In this document: in pieces, positions 35,607 to 45,523 of the stretch
How positions within the stretch are numbered: the first letter of the stretch is position 1
Layout of the letters: each line of letters begins with the position of its first letter
Program-made: the position numbers and the translations under genes
The notes under the pieces: generated by a model
Database searches by the model: none
The model's input: only the letters and a program-made list of their open reading frames with translations
What the model was told of the DNA's origin: nothing
Virus record (IMG/VR): IMGVR_UViG_3300033143_001962
Location: 185,798-249,797 of that record
Direction: 5' to 3' (one strand)
DNA: 64,000 nt

Positions 35607-36487
35607 TATTTTCCGGCAGCGTCATTCATTGCGTTTTTAAGTATATCCATTTTAAGCTCTTGTACTTCGTCGTAATACTCTCTACCGTACTCTAATAATG
35701 CTTTAGCTAGTTTGGCTCTTGCCGCAGGCTCTTCTTTAAGTAATCGTTCAAGTTCACGTGCATTGTTAGGAACACTTGCCCAACCGTGATGCAATGTACC
35801 GTACGTGTTTAAGAATCTATCCATTGTTTTTCTGTTAAATCCTTCTTCAGCAACTTCTTCGATTGTTTCTGCTGCTTCAAGTGCTAGTTCCCTTGCACTT
35901 TGCGTACCACGTGTAAACGATGGGTTGCGTCCGTACTTGTCATAGCCTCGTGGTATTTCACGTAAGCCTGCGTAAATAGCATCTGCCATTTTATTTAACT
36001 TGTCTTGTATTTTTGGTAAGAATGTTTTATCCATGTACTCGTAAATATCATAATCACTGACAACACCAACTTCTTCTCTGTCCCTGACACTTGCGACATC
36101 ACTTGCTGGTTTGTCGCCTCTGTACTCATGGAATGTATTAAGGAAGTAAAACTTTCCGTTGCCTTTTTTAGCACCAAATCGTTTCTTAGCATCGGAGAAT
36201 TTTTGTTCAGTGCTTTCTTTAACCTTGTCGGTCTTTGGATCGTATGTCCAAACTGTCCAGCCGGAACCGCCCCACTTACCTTTACGTATTGCATAAGCTG
36301 TCCCATCGTTGTTAACACGGAAAATTATACCGTGTTCCATATCTTTCATGTTAAGCTTTGTAACTTCTTTTGGCGTGTCTTTATGCCCGATAGTGTACTC
36401 TTTAGCAACTCTCGCAGCAAGCTTCTTCGGAACACCCACTGATTCCAGCCCTGGTGTTGCTTCTATTAAAAATTCTGTTGCTTTCAT
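35606..36487 (-). CDS. putative internal head protein
   Basis: MKATEFLIEA. Confidence 0.55.
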   Translation of the reverse strand: MKATEFLIEATPGLESVGVPKKLAARVAKEYTIGHKDTPKEVTKLNMKDMEHGIIFRVNNDGTAYAIRKGKWGGSGWTVWTYDPKTDKVKESTEQKFSDAKKRFGAKKGNGKFYFLNTFHEYRGDKPASDVASVRDREEVGVVSDYDIYEYMDKTFLPKIQDKLNKMADAIYAGLREIPRGYDKYGRNPSFTRGTQSARELALEAAETIEEVAEEGFNRKTMDRFLNTYGTLHHGWASVPNNARELERLLKEEPAARAKLAKALLEYGREYYDEVQELKMDILKNAMNDAAGK

Positions 36488-39400
36488 ACGTAATGTCCTA
36501 TATCCATGTATAAATTTTTAAATGCCGCTCTCGCTGCACTCTTCGGGGCTCCTGTTCTGCCCATTTCGATTTCCATTGCTTCCATCCAACGCATTTCACA
36601 TTGCATATCAAGTATAGCATGTCTGTCTGCTAACATTTCTATTGCCTCGCGTTCGTTCTTAGGACTAGGTATTTGTACCTCGCCTGGCTTTCCAGTGTCG
36701 ACTGCTTCACCTGCTTCTGCTGCCGCTCTTGCTTCTGCACGTTTTGCCGCAGCTTTCTTTAAGTTTACTATAAGTTGATCTTTAGTAATCATACCTGCGT
36801 TAAATGCTGCAAACAATGTCATTGCTGTTTTATCATTTGCTCGTTTATGTGTTGGCAAGTTAGTTGCCATCTTATAAAGCTTCTTAGCGTATTCTTTCTT
36901 ATGTGCTTCTGGATCTGCTGCCACTGCATACGCAACAACAAATCTGTTAATCGAATGGGTAATAGCTTCTATATCGTGTATATAATCTGCACCGCCGGCT
37001 GCTCGAAACTCTATTCTATCAGCTTTAATGCCTACTGAACTGAACTTACCAAAATCAACGTTCTCAAATGAACTCATTAAGCTGTGACTTAAGTTGTTTT
37101 TCATCTTACCCATCATGTCTGCATAGCCTTTAGCTTTTGCAGGGCGATCTTTTTCATAACCTTGTGTGCTATCAATGAAGTCAGTTAACTTAGCCAGTGA
37201 GTTTACAGCAAATTCGCTGTACTCACGACCAAACTCTCTTGCGACTTTATTATCGCCGACCATTAATACTAACTTAGCGTAATCTAGTTTACTGTGATCT
37301 ATGTTCTTCATGCTTACGTTAACATGTAAGCCTGTAGACTCATTTGCGTACCCGCCATTTTGTTTAAGGAACTGCACTATATCTTCTACGTCAGCGATAC
37401 CTTCTTCGTATTCTGTAGGAGGCATAATAATTTCCATGCCTGCATCATCATCGTCGTTAGGCTTAACAGAACTGTCTGGCATTATTATCCAATCTTCTGA
37501 TGCTACTGCTAAATCATCAGCATCATCTCCAGGTTCGCCTTCGTTTTCTTCAACGGTACGTACTTCAACAGTGTGCCCTAATTGTTGTTCCATTTTACTA
37601 GCCATATTATGCGCTGCTTCTTCGTCGAAGCTTCCATTGCTATAATCACCAGTAAAGAAACTATGCTCACTGTATAATCTGCCATCGTACTCTCTACCAA
37701 TTTCTTTAAAAGATCTAATAGTGTCTTTAATGAACCAACTACCTAAACTATATGCTGAATCATCCGGGTATGCGCTTTCCCAGAAGTCTGCTTGTACTAA
37801 CTCTCTTAGAGGCTGTACTGCTTCATCTGCATCTTCTATAAATATTTCATAGTACAATGATAGGTACGGGTTTGTACCTATTTGTGGCGTTGGCCAACTA
37901 CCAACCGCTCCTATTTCTTTATACGCTTCCTGTGATTTAGATATAACTAATTTTGCCATTTCTTCAGTAAGTTCAATGTCATCATCGTCGCCTGTAATTC
38001 TAATTATAATGTCGTCCATGTCACCTGTCGTCGTCATGTTAACCATAGCTTCAACCTTTTCATCATCGTTATAATACGGTACATTAATAATATGTTTTAA
38101 TTGATCCTCAACCCATTCAGGCTCTTTCTCGGCACTAATCCATTCCATGTGCTCTTGTTCCATTTCTACCCAGACTTCATCATCGTCGCTGTTGTCGAAG
38201 TAGTCTTGTAAGTCTCTTAAAGATGTTTCATCTGTCACCTTAGGGTTACTGTCATCATCGGATGCTACGCATACTTCAAACTCTAATCCTATAACCGGAC
38301 GGGCTGTTTGTACTATTTTGTTTACTTGTTTTCGGAGGCCACCCGGTGTCATATCCAGTTCAAATAATGCACCTTCCATTATGTTTGATACTGTCTTGTA
38401 ACTACCGTTTGATTTAAGTAAAGGGGGAATGCCACCTTTATCTACTGTAAGGCCTAACTTGGCTGCTTCACGTTTAGTACTGTTCTCATCAACGTCTGCT
38501 GTCGTGTTAACACCTTTAACTATAATGCCTACACCTTCATTGACGCCTTTATCATTCCAACGTGTGAGGAATTCACCTTCGTCATCTACTACATCGAACG
38601 TAGCTTGCCCTGGTCTAATAAATTCCTTAGGACGTGGGTATTTGCTAAGTTTAAGTTTTGATAGTTTAATTACTTTTTCTAAAATGCCCGGATCAATATC
38701 TGCAAAATCCTTTATTAAATCAGGTTCATTGGCAAATGCTATAACCTTGACTTCGTCAGTTGGGTTATTGATATTATTAAACACAAAGGCAACACCAACA
38801 CTAACTTCGCTACCTAGCTGGATTGCTTTAAGTTGTATCTCTGGATCTGGGTTTTTAATGTATTTAATGTTCTGCAAGCCGCCATCTCTCAATACAACAG
38901 ACTGCAATTCTTTAGATGGATTGTCTATGTACTTTAAATTCCACGGACTTGTGTGTACAGCATCATACAACTCGGAGTCTGATGGATTGTCCATCAATGG
39001 AACCATGCCGTGTCGTGTTGCGTACTTATTGAGTACTTTCTTTATCTGAGGATAGGTGTCTACTAGCTCTTTCATTTCTTCTGGCGTTAACTCTTGATCT
39101 CGTGCGTTCATGTACGAGTTGCTTTGGAAATGGAATTGGAACTTACCTAGCTTTTTGGTTTGTATAATCCAAAGCGGACCTTGTTGATGATAATGCTCAA
39201 AATAATTGTCGCCGCCGTAGCTTGCTGCTGTACACCACTTAGTGCCTTTACCAAAGAAACAACTTGCTTCTTCAGTAGCTGGTACTACTATCTCAACATC
39301 TTTATCCTTGTACATTAATTCAGCTGCGGAGCTATCCAGGAACGCTTTCTTTTCTCTGCGGTCAGCTTCTCTATTTGATACTGTATCTTTTTCTTCAAAC

Positions 39401-40788
39401 GGTTCCAGCACATTGTATAAATCATCCAACGATAATCTGTTTAAGTCTCTGTGCTCTGGTGGTAGTTTTGATTTAACTTTTGCGAACTTCATTAGCTCTT
39501 GTTTAATTTGTCCGATATCTTCTAGCTTGTACTCGCCAGCTATGTATCGATTTGCTAACCACTGTATTGCTTTTGTGCTTGCTACTGCGAGCTTATTGAT
39601 TATTTCTAATGCGGTAACTTCAGTATGTGTATTACCAGTTTCTTCTTCGTAACGTGCAATTAACTTATCATTTAATTGATCTGCTACGTGCTGTGCTCTG
39701 TCTTCGTCAAGCATTTCGCCTTCGTGGAATTCATCACCGACTAAGTCAACACCAGTAAACCTTTGTATCATTTCCCAAGCTTCTTTATGCTTGCGTAATG
39801 CTAACAAGTTTCTAAATTGATCTATAAGTCCTTGGTTAGCTTCTTTGTAAAATTTCATTACTTCCATAGCACCTAAGTTGCCGCTGTACGCTGCTTCCAT
39901 TGTTGCTATATCAGATGCTTGTTCGTGCAATGAATCGTAGTCGTAATCATCAAACAGTGTATCTGCACCGCTGTATAATTCTTTTATGATATCTTCTGCT
40001 GTGCGACCACTTTCACCGTAGTTGTTAAAGTCTGCTGCGAGCTCTTGCTCTAAGTCTGTATCTACTTCGTCGTTCACGTGTTCTAAACTTAAATGTTCAT
40101 CTTCAAAGCTGCGTCTCTTATCCCATAGCTTATCAAAGTATCCATCTTTACGTAACATCTTAAATGCTAAGTTCTCTGGACCAAACTCACCGTTCTCACT
40201 TAGTCCTGCTTTTCTATAACGTTTTACAATGTCAAGCACATCATCAAGGTATTGTCTATTGTCGGTTGCGAGTGCTCTAATTGCAAGTTGCTTTAACTTA
40301 TTGTATTTGAAGTAACTTGCTTCTTCATCTACGTTTGCACGTTGCTTAGTTGGAAAACGGTTCCATTCGTTATTGAAAACACTATAGTTTCCTAAGCTCA
40401 CATGCGGTTGCGCTGCATCTTGTACATACAGTTCAACATCGTACCCCTTGATCTTAATATCGTGCTGATCATTATATTGGTACTTTTTAGAATCAAATAA
40501 CTCTCTGTATACTTCGTTGTCTGGTAGTTGAGAGAAGTCAACGATTAAATGCAAGTCAACGTCTGAGTGAGGCGTGTAACTATATGCTGCATTAGACCCG
40601 CTTAAAGTAATATCAACTAAAGACGTAAGTTCAACGCCGAGAAATTCACGAAAATGATCAGCTATACCAATCAAGGACTGATGAACCTCAGGACGCATCA
40701 CTTCATCTACGAAGAGTTGCGGATTAAGATCATTATTGAAATTAATTGCTTTTGTTATTTGAAACTTGTCAAGTTCTTCTAAATTCAT
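36484..40788 (-). CDS. 1434-aa multidomain protein: Pol-beta-superfamily nucleotidyltransferase, WCT module, short repeats, putative amidoligase
   Basis: LSGSNAAYSYTPHSDVDLH; GTKWCTAA; YIDNPS/YIKNPD repeats; IGLEFEV, PDSSV, GMEIIMP, STGLHVNVS, IEFRAAGG. Confidence 0.75.
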   Translation of the reverse strand: MNLEELDKFQITKAINFNNDLNPQLFVDEVMRPEVHQSLIGIADHFREFLGVELTSLVDITLSGSNAAYSYTPHSDVDLHLIVDFSQLPDNEVYRELFDSKKYQYNDQHDIKIKGYDVELYVQDAAQPHVSLGNYSVFNNEWNRFPTKQRANVDEEASYFKYNKLKQLAIRALATDNRQYLDDVLDIVKRYRKAGLSENGEFGPENLAFKMLRKDGYFDKLWDKRRSFEDEHLSLEHVNDEVDTDLEQELAADFNNYGESGRTAEDIIKELYSGADTLFDDYDYDSLHEQASDIATMEAAYSGNLGAMEVMKFYKEANQGLIDQFRNLLALRKHKEAWEMIQRFTGVDLVGDEFHEGEMLDEDRAQHVADQLNDKLIARYEEETGNTHTEVTALEIINKLAVASTKAIQWLANRYIAGEYKLEDIGQIKQELMKFAKVKSKLPPEHRDLNRLSLDDLYNVLEPFEEKDTVSNREADRREKKAFLDSSAAELMYKDKDVEIVVPATEEASCFFGKGTKWCTAASYGGDNYFEHYHQQGPLWIIQTKKLGKFQFHFQSNSYMNARDQELTPEEMKELVDTYPQIKKVLNKYATRHGMVPLMDNPSDSELYDAVHTSPWNLKYIDNPSKELQSVVLRDGGLQNIKYIKNPDPEIQLKAIQLGSEVSVGVAFVFNNINNPTDEVKVIAFANEPDLIKDFADIDPGILEKVIKLSKLKLSKYPRPKEFIRPGQATFDVVDDEGEFLTRWNDKGVNEGVGIIVKGVNTTADVDENSTKREAAKLGLTVDKGGIPPLLKSNGSYKTVSNIMEGALFELDMTPGGLRKQVNKIVQTARPVIGLEFEVCVASDDDSNPKVTDETSLRDLQDYFDNSDDDEVWVEMEQEHMEWISAEKEPEWVEDQLKHIINVPYYNDDEKVEAMVNMTTTGDMDDIIIRITGDDDDIELTEEMAKLVISKSQEAYKEIGAVGSWPTPQIGTNPYLSLYYEIFIEDADEAVQPLRELVQADFWESAYPDDSAYSLGSWFIKDTIRSFKEIGREYDGRLYSEHSFFTGDYSNGSFDEEAAHNMASKMEQQLGHTVEVRTVEENEGEPGDDADDLAVASEDWIIMPDSSVKPNDDDDAGMEIIMPPTEYEEGIADVEDIVQFLKQNGGYANESTGLHVNVSMKNIDHSKLDYAKLVLMVGDNKVAREFGREYSEFAVNSLAKLTDFIDSTQGYEKDRPAKAKGYADMMGKMKNNLSHSLMSSFENVDFGKFSSVGIKADRIEFRAAGGADYIHDIEAITHSINRFVVAYAVAADPEAHKKEYAKKLYKMATNLPTHKRANDKTAMTLFAAFNAGMITKDQLIVNLKKAAAKRAEARAAAEAGEAVDTGKPGEVQIPSPKNEREAIEMLADRHAILDMQCEMRWMEAMEIEMGRTGAPKSAARAAFKNLYMDIGHYV

Positions 40789-40793
40789 ATCTG

Positions 40794-40799
40794 TATTTA
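40794..40799 (-). promoter_or_regulatory. late promoter core (TAAATA)
   Basis: ATAAATA 5 nt upstream of the 40788 start. Confidence 0.65.
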
Positions 40800-40826
40800 T
40801 GCCTAACTAGACACTGTACAGAAATG

Positions 40827-41492
40827 TTATAGTCGGAAGTTGTTTATGAATTCGTTAAATTCGCGGATTAGTGATTCAGTTTGTACAACGCCTAAGCGTT
40901 TGTCAAACAATTTTTTAAGAGTTGCAGTTGGTTTCTTATCGTACATATCTGCTAATATTTGTGTACGCTGTTCATCGCTTGCATTTGCATACATATCGCG
41001 TATCTCTGTTGCACCTGTAATAGCTTGTCCTGCTATTGTAAATTCAACTGTCGGAGTTACTTCTACGTATATATGGCCATTAGCTACCGGTTGTGGGTTG
41101 TCTGTTAACCATTGTATAGCTGCTCTACTACCGTCTTTCTTAAGTGCAAAACCTTCTGCATCTTTAGTTTTACCGATTAAACGGTCACCATCTTTTCTGC
41201 TTAGTGCTACAATTAGAACAGTGTTCTTTTCATTGAATGGAAGTACTGCTTGTATTAAGTCTTTATTGTAAACACTTTTAGGTGCGATGAATTTGTCTAC
41301 TGGAATGCCCATCATCTTAGCAATTTTTTGTTTCTCTTTCCAAGCAAATGGATCTTTAGGACCTGTTGGTTTATCCGCAGATGCTACATACACCGCACCA
41401 TTGCCGAACTTACTTACAAGTGCATCGTAAGAAGCTTTGTGGCCTTTATGCATTGGTTGGAATCGTCCACCATAAATTACTATTGTTTTCAT
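40827..41492 (-). CDS. HIGH-motif cytidylyl/adenylyltransferase-like protein
   Basis: IYGGRFQPMHKGH, DPFAWKEK, GATEIR; TAAATA at 41498-41503. Confidence 0.8.
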   Translation of the reverse strand: MKTIVIYGGRFQPMHKGHKASYDALVSKFGNGAVYVASADKPTGPKDPFAWKEKQKIAKMMGIPVDKFIAPKSVYNKDLIQAVLPFNEKNTVLIVALSRKDGDRLIGKTKDAEGFALKKDGSRAAIQWLTDNPQPVANGHIYVEVTPTVEFTIAGQAITGATEIRDMYANASDEQRTQILADMYDKKPTATLKKLFDKRLGVVQTESLIREFNEFINNFRL

Positions 41493-41496
41493 AGTA

Positions 41497-41799
41497 CTAT
41501 TTATTCGGTTCGAATGGTATTACTTCGGCTTCTTGTGTTGTGTCTAAATCATTAAAGCGATCAAGCTCACTGTAGAACATTTCAACAAGTGCATTAAAAC
41601 GTACAATAGGATCTTTGTACTTTTGCAACTCTCTGTCCATGCGCCATACTGCTTTGCGACAGCGTTCTGCTCCGCACTCAGTTACACACATGTCTTGTAT
41701 TTTTTGTTCGAGGATTTCGATACGTTTTTCGTGAAACGCATCCTCATTTGTTTGATATAGTTTTACTAAGTCTGTATACAGTTCGTTAAAATTGCACAC
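41497..41799 (-). CDS. hypothetical protein (TAG stop)
   Basis: ORF track. Confidence 0.5.
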   Translation of the reverse strand: MCNFNELYTDLVKLYQTNEDAFHEKRIEILEQKIQDMCVTECGAERCRKAVWRMDRELQKYKDPIVRFNALVEMFYSELDRFNDLDTTQEAEVIPFEPNK

Positions 41800-42165
41800 T
41801 TAGTGGCCTAAAGAAACCTTCTGGATAGAACCTGCTGTGAAGTCAGTCACTGTAGCTCTAATCCAAGTATATTTTCCTTTAAGATTAATGAAGTCATTTA
41901 TTGTTACTGGTGTCACTGTGCCATCTACTGTTGCAATAGCTGAGTAATTAGTTGTATCTGGATCTGCATCTAACGTTGCTTCAATTAGCAACTTAGCATT
42001 GAAATTAGTTAAGTACCATGACGCTGTCTGTGTGTCTTTTGCCTTAGAGTAATAAGCCGATGCTTTTACTGGAACACCGCTGAATGTTGCTGCTAATCCA
42101 TCGTAGTTACCTACGGCTGTTCCGAATGTTGTTGCTGGTATTAAATTGTAAGATAAAGTTTTCAT
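41800..42165 (-). CDS. small beta-sandwich late/structural protein
   Basis: start at MKTLSY after TAAATA at 42171-42176; Thr/Ala-rich. Confidence 0.55.
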   Translation of the reverse strand: MKTLSYNLIPATTFGTAVGNYDGLAATFSGVPVKASAYYSKAKDTQTASWYLTNFNAKLLIEATLDADPDTTNYSAIATVDGTVTPVTINDFINLKGKYTWIRATVTDFTAGSIQKVSLGH

Positions 42166-42169
42166 ATTG

Positions 42170-42823
42170 TTATTTATCACTAATTATCGTGTATATTTTA
42201 CTTGTTACGCCCGGGGCCATTAAATCTAGTACCACCTGCATCTTTGCATCATTAACATCAATGAAAAAATGTGTTTCTGTATGCTGCCACCAATATTTAC
42301 CAAATGCCCATCTTAGCAAAGACCCGCTCGAGCGTACATCAGCGTCATACGACGTTAAAAATTTAGCAATATTCTCACGCACATCCTTTCCACATTTAAC
42401 ATGCCTAAATGGAATGCGGTACTTGTACTCTGAGTTTTTCCTGTATATTGTTCCTGGCTCGCATGTAACACTAGCTTCTGTAATAACACCAGTTTTATCA
42501 AAAGCTAGTAACTCATGAATAGTATCTATGTTATTTGTGTACGCTATTGTTGTATTACGAGATGCAGCAAATCGCATATCTTCACTCTGCACTATGTAAT
42601 CATGTAAGTTGCATAAGTTATCAAGCAATAGTGCTAATCCCTCAGGAGCACGGTTGTGTATGTGATATTTTTCAGCCCGCGTACATATTCTCTCATGTGA
42701 CACCGGACGGTGCTTGGCCCCGCGTATAACCGAGGAGCCTGGCACACTTAATCTTACACTGTACTTGTACTTGTTAAAGAATAACTTATCAGTACTCTTA
42801 AGCTTTAGGTTTAAATTGGTCAA
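42170..42823 (-). CDS. hypothetical protein
   Basis: 217-aa ORF; KLFFNKYKYSVRL. Confidence 0.6.
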   Translation of the reverse strand: MTNLNLKLKSTDKLFFNKYKYSVRLSVPGSSVIRGAKHRPVSHERICTRAEKYHIHNRAPEGLALLLDNLCNLHDYIVQSEDMRFAASRNTTIAYTNNIDTIHELLAFDKTGVITEASVTCEPGTIYRKNSEYKYRIPFRHVKCGKDVRENIAKFLTSYDADVRSSGSLLRWAFGKYWWQHTETHFFIDVNDAKMQVVLDLMAPGVTSKIYTIISDK

Positions 42824-45104
42824 GTACTACGTACCCTTCGTCGTCTGTATGCCCTGCAGGTGTTTTCGCAGGCAACATTGGAGGTGGTAACAATTGACTA
42901 GTAGTAAACGTAATTTTATCACCTTCGTAATCTACTCTAACAGTACAATCTGTTAACCCATCGAATAAAATCTTTTTACTTAACGGAGTTTTAATAATCT
43001 CGTTAATCTTTCTGTCGATTGGTCTTGCACCTAAGCTTGAATCGTAACCAGCTTCAGCAATATGTTGTACCGCTGCTTCTGTTATGTTCAATACAATCTT
43101 CTTAGCTTTTAAACTTTCCTTAAGTACGTTAATGAACTTAACCACAATTTTCTTAATGTTAATATCTTCAAGCTTCTGGAACTTAACAATACCATCAAGT
43201 CTGTTACGTAATTCTGGCTTGAAGAATTCTTTAGTAGCTTTATCTTCTTCGCCTGTACGTTCTAGTGATTTGCCAAAGCCAATGTTGTTCTGCTCGTTAG
43301 CCGATGCACCCAAGTTTGAAGTAAGTATAATAATACAGTTAGTAAGGTTAACTTCTTTACCACCTGCACTTGTAATTTTACCTTCATCAAGTATTTGTAA
43401 TAACACTGAACTAATATCTTGGTGTGCTTTTTCAATTTCATCAAACAATACAACTGAGTAAGGATGTTTACTTACATCACTAATAAGTTTACCGCCACCT
43501 TGTGATCCATCTTCAAATCCAACGTAACCCGGAGGTGCACCGATTAATGTACTAAGCGAATGTTTCTCTTGGTACTCGGACATATCGTAACGTAACAATT
43601 TCATGTCTAAGTTCGAGCTTAATAATTTAGCAAGTTCTGTTTTACCTGTACCAGTTGGTCCTAAGAATAAGAAACTAGCTACCGGCTTAGTTGCTGAACC
43701 TAACCCACTAAAGTTAACATAGATCTTCTCGAGTACTTGCTCGACGGCTTCTTCCTGACCGTACAATTTGTCATCTATGTTACTCTTTAGTGACATTAAG
43801 TTTGCGCTTTGTTCGTTACCTAGTCTTTCAACTGGAACGCTTGCCATCTTGCTAACTTGAGCTAGTACTTTTTCTTCGTTAATGATAGCTGACTTATTAT
43901 CTATCGCACGTTCTCTTGCACATGCCGCATCAATAATGTCAATTGACTTATCCGGATTCTTTCTGTCATGAATGTAACGTGTGCTTAAATCAACTGCTGA
44001 CTTAATAGCATCTGCTGTAATAGTAACACTATGGAACTCAGACAAACGTTTAGCAACACCAGTAATAATTTTAATAGTGCTATCGTAATCTGGCTCGTCT
44101 ACTGTTAAGTTAAAGAAGCGGCGCATAAGTGCCTTATCTTTCTCAAAGGATTCGTAGTACTCGTCCCAAGTAGTGTTTGCAATAACTTTAATCTTACCAC
44201 GTGTGATAGCTGGCTTCAACATGTTTGCAAAGTCTAAACTGCCGCCTGTAGTTGCACCAGCACCTTTCATAGTATGTGCTTCATCAATAAACAGTACTGC
44301 CTTGCCACTTGCTTCAAGTGCTGTAATAATCTTTTGGAACTTCTCTTCAAAGTCACCACGGTACTTACTGCCAGCTAACATGCTGCCAATCTCTAAGCTC
44401 CATACAGTGTGATCTTTTAAGAACTCAGGTACATCGTTAGCAAGGATCTTTTGTGCAAGTCCTTCTACGATTGCAGTTTTACCTACACCTGGGTCGCCAA
44501 TCATTAGTACGTTAGACTTAAACTTCTTAGCAAGTATTTCAATGGTGCTTTTAATTTCTTCGCCGCGGCCGATAAGTGGTTCTAAGTCACCGTCTTCTGC
44601 TTGTCTGCTTAAGTTAATACAATGTTCTTCAAGTAACTCTTCAGACTGTGTTGGTGTTAATACTACATTACCATCACTGTAATGTTCATTCCAGTAATCA
44701 GCAAATGAATCCCTATCATCAATGCCGTACTTAAGTATAAAATAATTTGCGTGGCTATTTGCTTCGCCTGTGATACTTAAAAACAAATCAACTGTAGTAA
44801 CATAACGTCGGTTGCTGAACAGTACCTGTGTTACTGCTCTATTAAATACACGTTCTAATGTGTTTGTACGCTTTGGTTGTGTGTTTGGCGGAAGTGGTGT
44901 AGTAAGTAAACTATCTAAGTACTCGTCTACATCATTGATCATGTCATCAATTTCAACGCCATAGCCTTTTAAGCAATTATAAAATGGCTGATAACTTAAA
45001 AGTGCTTCTAATAAGTGTTCCACAAGTACGTACTCGTGTCCTTTCTTCTTTGCTAAGTTAATAGCATAGTCTGTAATTTGTTCAATCTCTGGATTAATTT
45101 GCAT
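42798..45104 (-). CDS. clpA: ClpA-like AAA+ unfoldase
   Basis: Clp N-domain; GDPGVGKT, GSKYRGDFEE, FIDEAH; GPTGTGKT, DMSEYQE, LFDEIEKAH, FKPELRNRLD, GARP. Confidence 0.92.
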   Translation of the reverse strand: MQINPEIEQITDYAINLAKKKGHEYVLVEHLLEALLSYQPFYNCLKGYGVEIDDMINDVDEYLDSLLTTPLPPNTQPKRTNTLERVFNRAVTQVLFSNRRYVTTVDLFLSITGEANSHANYFILKYGIDDRDSFADYWNEHYSDGNVVLTPTQSEELLEEHCINLSRQAEDGDLEPLIGRGEEIKSTIEILAKKFKSNVLMIGDPGVGKTAIVEGLAQKILANDVPEFLKDHTVWSLEIGSMLAGSKYRGDFEEKFQKIITALEASGKAVLFIDEAHTMKGAGATTGGSLDFANMLKPAITRGKIKVIANTTWDEYYESFEKDKALMRRFFNLTVDEPDYDSTIKIITGVAKRLSEFHSVTITADAIKSAVDLSTRYIHDRKNPDKSIDIIDAACARERAIDNKSAIINEEKVLAQVSKMASVPVERLGNEQSANLMSLKSNIDDKLYGQEEAVEQVLEKIYVNFSGLGSATKPVASFLFLGPTGTGKTELAKLLSSNLDMKLLRYDMSEYQEKHSLSTLIGAPPGYVGFEDGSQGGGKLISDVSKHPYSVVLFDEIEKAHQDISSVLLQILDEGKITSAGGKEVNLTNCIIILTSNLGASANEQNNIGFGKSLERTGEEDKATKEFFKPELRNRLDGIVKFQKLEDINIKKIVVKFINVLKESLKAKKIVLNITEAAVQHIAEAGYDSSLGARPIDRKINEIIKTPLSKKILFDGLTDCTVRVDYEGDKITFTTSQLLPPPMLPAKTPAGHTDDEGYVVLDQFKPKA

Positions 45105-45523
45105 TATTTTGCCTTCTTCTTTGCTTTCTTTTTAGCAACCTTTTTAACTACTGTACCGTTATGTAAGTACTCTATAGCTGTCCGGATTGCTCCGTCTGCA
45201 TCATTGATCTCAATCTTCTTATCTTTCCCGAGATAGTTTTGATAACTTATATGTATTATACTATCTTTTGAATCGGTTGTCGACTGTTTTGAATCCAAAA
45301 TAGCCGGATTAAAGAAGAAATGTGGCTTTATTTTGGTTACAAGTATCTTTGAATCTACGTTCACTTCAGGTGCTGTAATAACATCCTTAGTGGTTAGGTT
45401 CAATGCAATGAGCATTTCGATGCCAAGTTTTTGTACGGTTGTTGGCGTAGTGTAATCTACGTCTTGTGCTGGTGTTTTTTGTGGTTTTTCAATTATTTTT
45501 AACATAAAATTATTTAGCTTCAC
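45104..45523 (-). CDS. hypothetical with Lys/Ala-rich tail
   Basis: ends KKVAKKKAKKKAK. Confidence 0.5.
   Translation of the reverse strand: MKLNNFMLKIIEKPQKTPAQDVDYTTPTTVQKLGIEMLIALNLTTKDVITAPEVNVDSKILVTKIKPHFFFNPAILDSKQSTTDSKDSIIHISYQNYLGKDKKIEINDADGAIRTAIEYLHNGTVVKKVAKKKAKKKAK

Noticed and set aside
45104-45523. Peptide deformylase
   Set aside because: Only a faint FFNPAI resemblance; the HExxH and EGCLS motifs are absent
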